Origin: a virus
Lineage: Duplodnaviria; Heunggongvirae; Uroviricota; Caudoviricetes
IMG/VR virus record: IMGVR_UViG_3300021254_000022
Coordinates: 68,857 to 132,856 of that record
Direction: 5' to 3' (one strand)
Length of the DNA: 64,000 nt
Shown piece after piece: positions 62,401 through 64,000 of the stretch (position 1 is its first letter; each line of letters starts with the position of its first letter). The notes beneath the pieces are model-generated. The model saw nothing but the letters and a program-made list of their open reading frames with translations. It did not search any database and was not told the origin of the DNA. The translations under genes and the position numbers were made by a program.

Positions 62401-64000
62401 CATCATCAGTTTGATCAGCATAAGCTCCTACTTCTCTTAATTTTGCTAAAGTTGTTTCAACTAATTCAGCATAATCATCTTCTGATTTAACTTTTCCTTC
62501 AAACTATTTATCTATATCCCTAATAGTTGATTTTCCTAAATAAGAATCTAATTCTTTCTATAGATCAATAACATTTCCATACTCATCTTCAATTAATTTT
62601 AAATAATCCCCTAATTCTTTCCATAATCTATTATCATTTAAAGCAGCAGGATTCTCAGTATTTGCAGCAACTTCATCTTGGATAGCTTTTACTTTGGCAT
62701 AACTTTCAATAATACCATCAATTCCCTAACCTTCAATATTTAACTATAGACCACCTTTTTCAAAAGTATCTGTCTCATAGTCCATATTTAAATTATCTAA
62801 TGCAGTTTTTATTTCTTGATTAACACTATCTTCCCAATTATTACCGTCGCCATCAGTAAAATGTAATTCAAAAGTAAAAGCATTATCTAATTGTGCTTGA
62901 ATTTCTTTATGTAAAGAAGCCCATAAAGTATCATCTTCAGATTTCATTCCTAAATCTGTAAAAATAGTCTAAAAATCTACATCTGCTACCATACTATTGA
63001 GCTGTTCTTCTGTTATGCCTGGAGTCTGTTCTCTCCAATACTGCTTTTCTTGTTCTATTAATTCATCTAACTATCCTTGATATTTATCATAAATATTTTT
63101 TAAATTATCATATAATACGCCATAAGATTTATTAGTTTCATCATTAATAAAATCTCGAAACTGTGCAATACCCCAATCCCATCTTGAAGTATCAATTAAC
63201 TAACCAGAAGTATTTACAAAAGAATCTGAAGTCTAAACTTCTGCTATTAAAGCAGCATCGGCTGTATTTTTTGCAGCCTAAGCTGTTTTTACAGCTTCTT
63301 CAAATTTAGCATCTGAAACATTTAATATATCTGAAAGAAGACCCTGATAATCTCCTCTCATTACTTTAACAGCTTCACTTTCTAATCCTAAAGCTTTTAT
63401 TACTGCACTTGCAGCTTCAACTAAAGCTGCTCTTCCAGTTCCAGTTTCCTAAAAAACAGTTAAACAATCTTGATAAGTTTTAATTAAGTCTTCATTAGCT
63501 TCCTATTGCTTCTTAGTTTCATCCCATTCTGTTTTATACTTTTCAGCTACTTCTTTTGCAACTTTAGCATTTTCTTCTAATGCTTTCTAATTATTTCTTG
63601 CTGCAGCTTCATTAGCCGCAAAAGCTGCCGTTAATGCTCCAACAGCAACAACAACAGGTAAGATAAAAGGTGCAATCGGAGCAATTGCAGCTCCTAAACC
63701 TGCAAAAGTTCCTGTTAAACTACTTAATGCAGCAATAGAATTACTAAATTCCATTGTTCGTTTTAATAGATTTATAACAACAATTATTGCTCCAATTGAT
63801 GTAACTATTTTCTAAGAATTTGAAGCACTAGAATCTCCTAATGTGGTAAATAAATTTGTTAATCCAGATAAATAACTAGAAAAACTCATTAATAAAGACG
63901 TACCTTTACCAAACATTTTTGACCATGATCCTTGAACCTATGGAGCTTTGCTTACAATTGTATCAACATTTTCTGCCAAAGATCTTAATTTAGCCTCTAC
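53423..64000 (-). CDS. Tape-measure protein, 5' partial (>3525 aa), containing two tandem Hint domains
   Basis: Twelve track ORFs share one frame. Long Ala/Glu/Lys coiled coil, hydrophobic segments at about 63620-63880, roughly 11-residue Y/W periodicity at 56300-57050, C-terminal GYTG...LALLHEKELVLN motif; TAA at 53423-53425. Confidence 0.88.
57650..58060 (-). mobile_element. Hint domain copy 2 (BIL/PT-HINT-like, 137 aa) inside the TMP
   Basis: CFVAGTPIST...VTGIHRF...VYNFEVSNNHNYYV...LAHN; the +1 residue is Lys. 94/137 aa identical to copy 1 by manual alignment. Confidence 0.9.
58073..58483 (-). mobile_element. Hint domain copy 1 (BIL/PT-HINT-like, 137 aa) inside the TMP
   Basis: CFVAGTLIST...VTGIHRF (block B TxxH)...VYNFEVSNNHNYYV...LAHN; the +1 residue is Lys. 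Confidence 0.9.

Noticed and set aside
7437-64000. Fragmented ORFs read as pseudogenes or sequencing errors
   Set aside because: Every break examined is TAG with the frame preserved, no frameshifts were found, and conserved motifs continue across the breaks.
1-64000. Suppressor tRNA(CUA), other RNA genes or CRISPR arrays
   Set aside because: Intergenic gaps are short (under about 135 bp) and are accounted for by terminators, promoters and RBSs. I saw no cloverleaf or repeat-spacer pattern.

Overview
This 64 kb window is from a large, AT-rich tailed phage. The host is probably a Firmicute, inferred from strong AGGAGG Shine-Dalgarno motifs and consensus sigma-A promoters. The phage does not use the standard code: TAG is read as Gln (genetic code 15). 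The supplied ORF track is therefore heavily fragmented. Read with TAG=Gln, the window resolves into 26 tightly packed genes that all end in TAA or TGA (24 complete, one partial at each window edge). Bases 1-6417 (+ strand) hold a replication/nucleotide-metabolism block: the C-terminus of a DnaE-like polymerase, a guanylate kinase-like gene, nrdD, a formate/nitrite channel, nrdG, dUTPase and a RuvC-like resolvase. Bases 6440-64000 (- strand) hold a converging lysis/tail block: a holin, a 3532-aa tail fibre, two BppU-like baseplate proteins, a 2412-aa CotH-like/LRR protein, further 2252-, 974-, 919- and 2779-aa tail proteins, and a >3500-aa tape-measure protein (TMP). The most striking observations are: (1) two tandem, catalytically intact 137-aa Hint (BIL/PT-HINT-like) domains inserted in a Gly/Ser linker of the TMP; (2) a recoded TAG within codons 12-18 of all four giant tail genes whose starts are visible and of nrdD, consistent with 5' translational gates; (3) an nrdD-formate channel-nrdG operon with a formate-type NrdD; (4) a near-perfect 57-bp in-frame direct repeat flanking a 283-aa module in the tail fibre. 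No tRNA, CRISPR array, reverse transcriptase or recombinase was found. All product calls are from motif recognition by eye; no database search was run. Long reading frames were verified by frame arithmetic on the ORF track plus manual translation of many, but not all, gaps.
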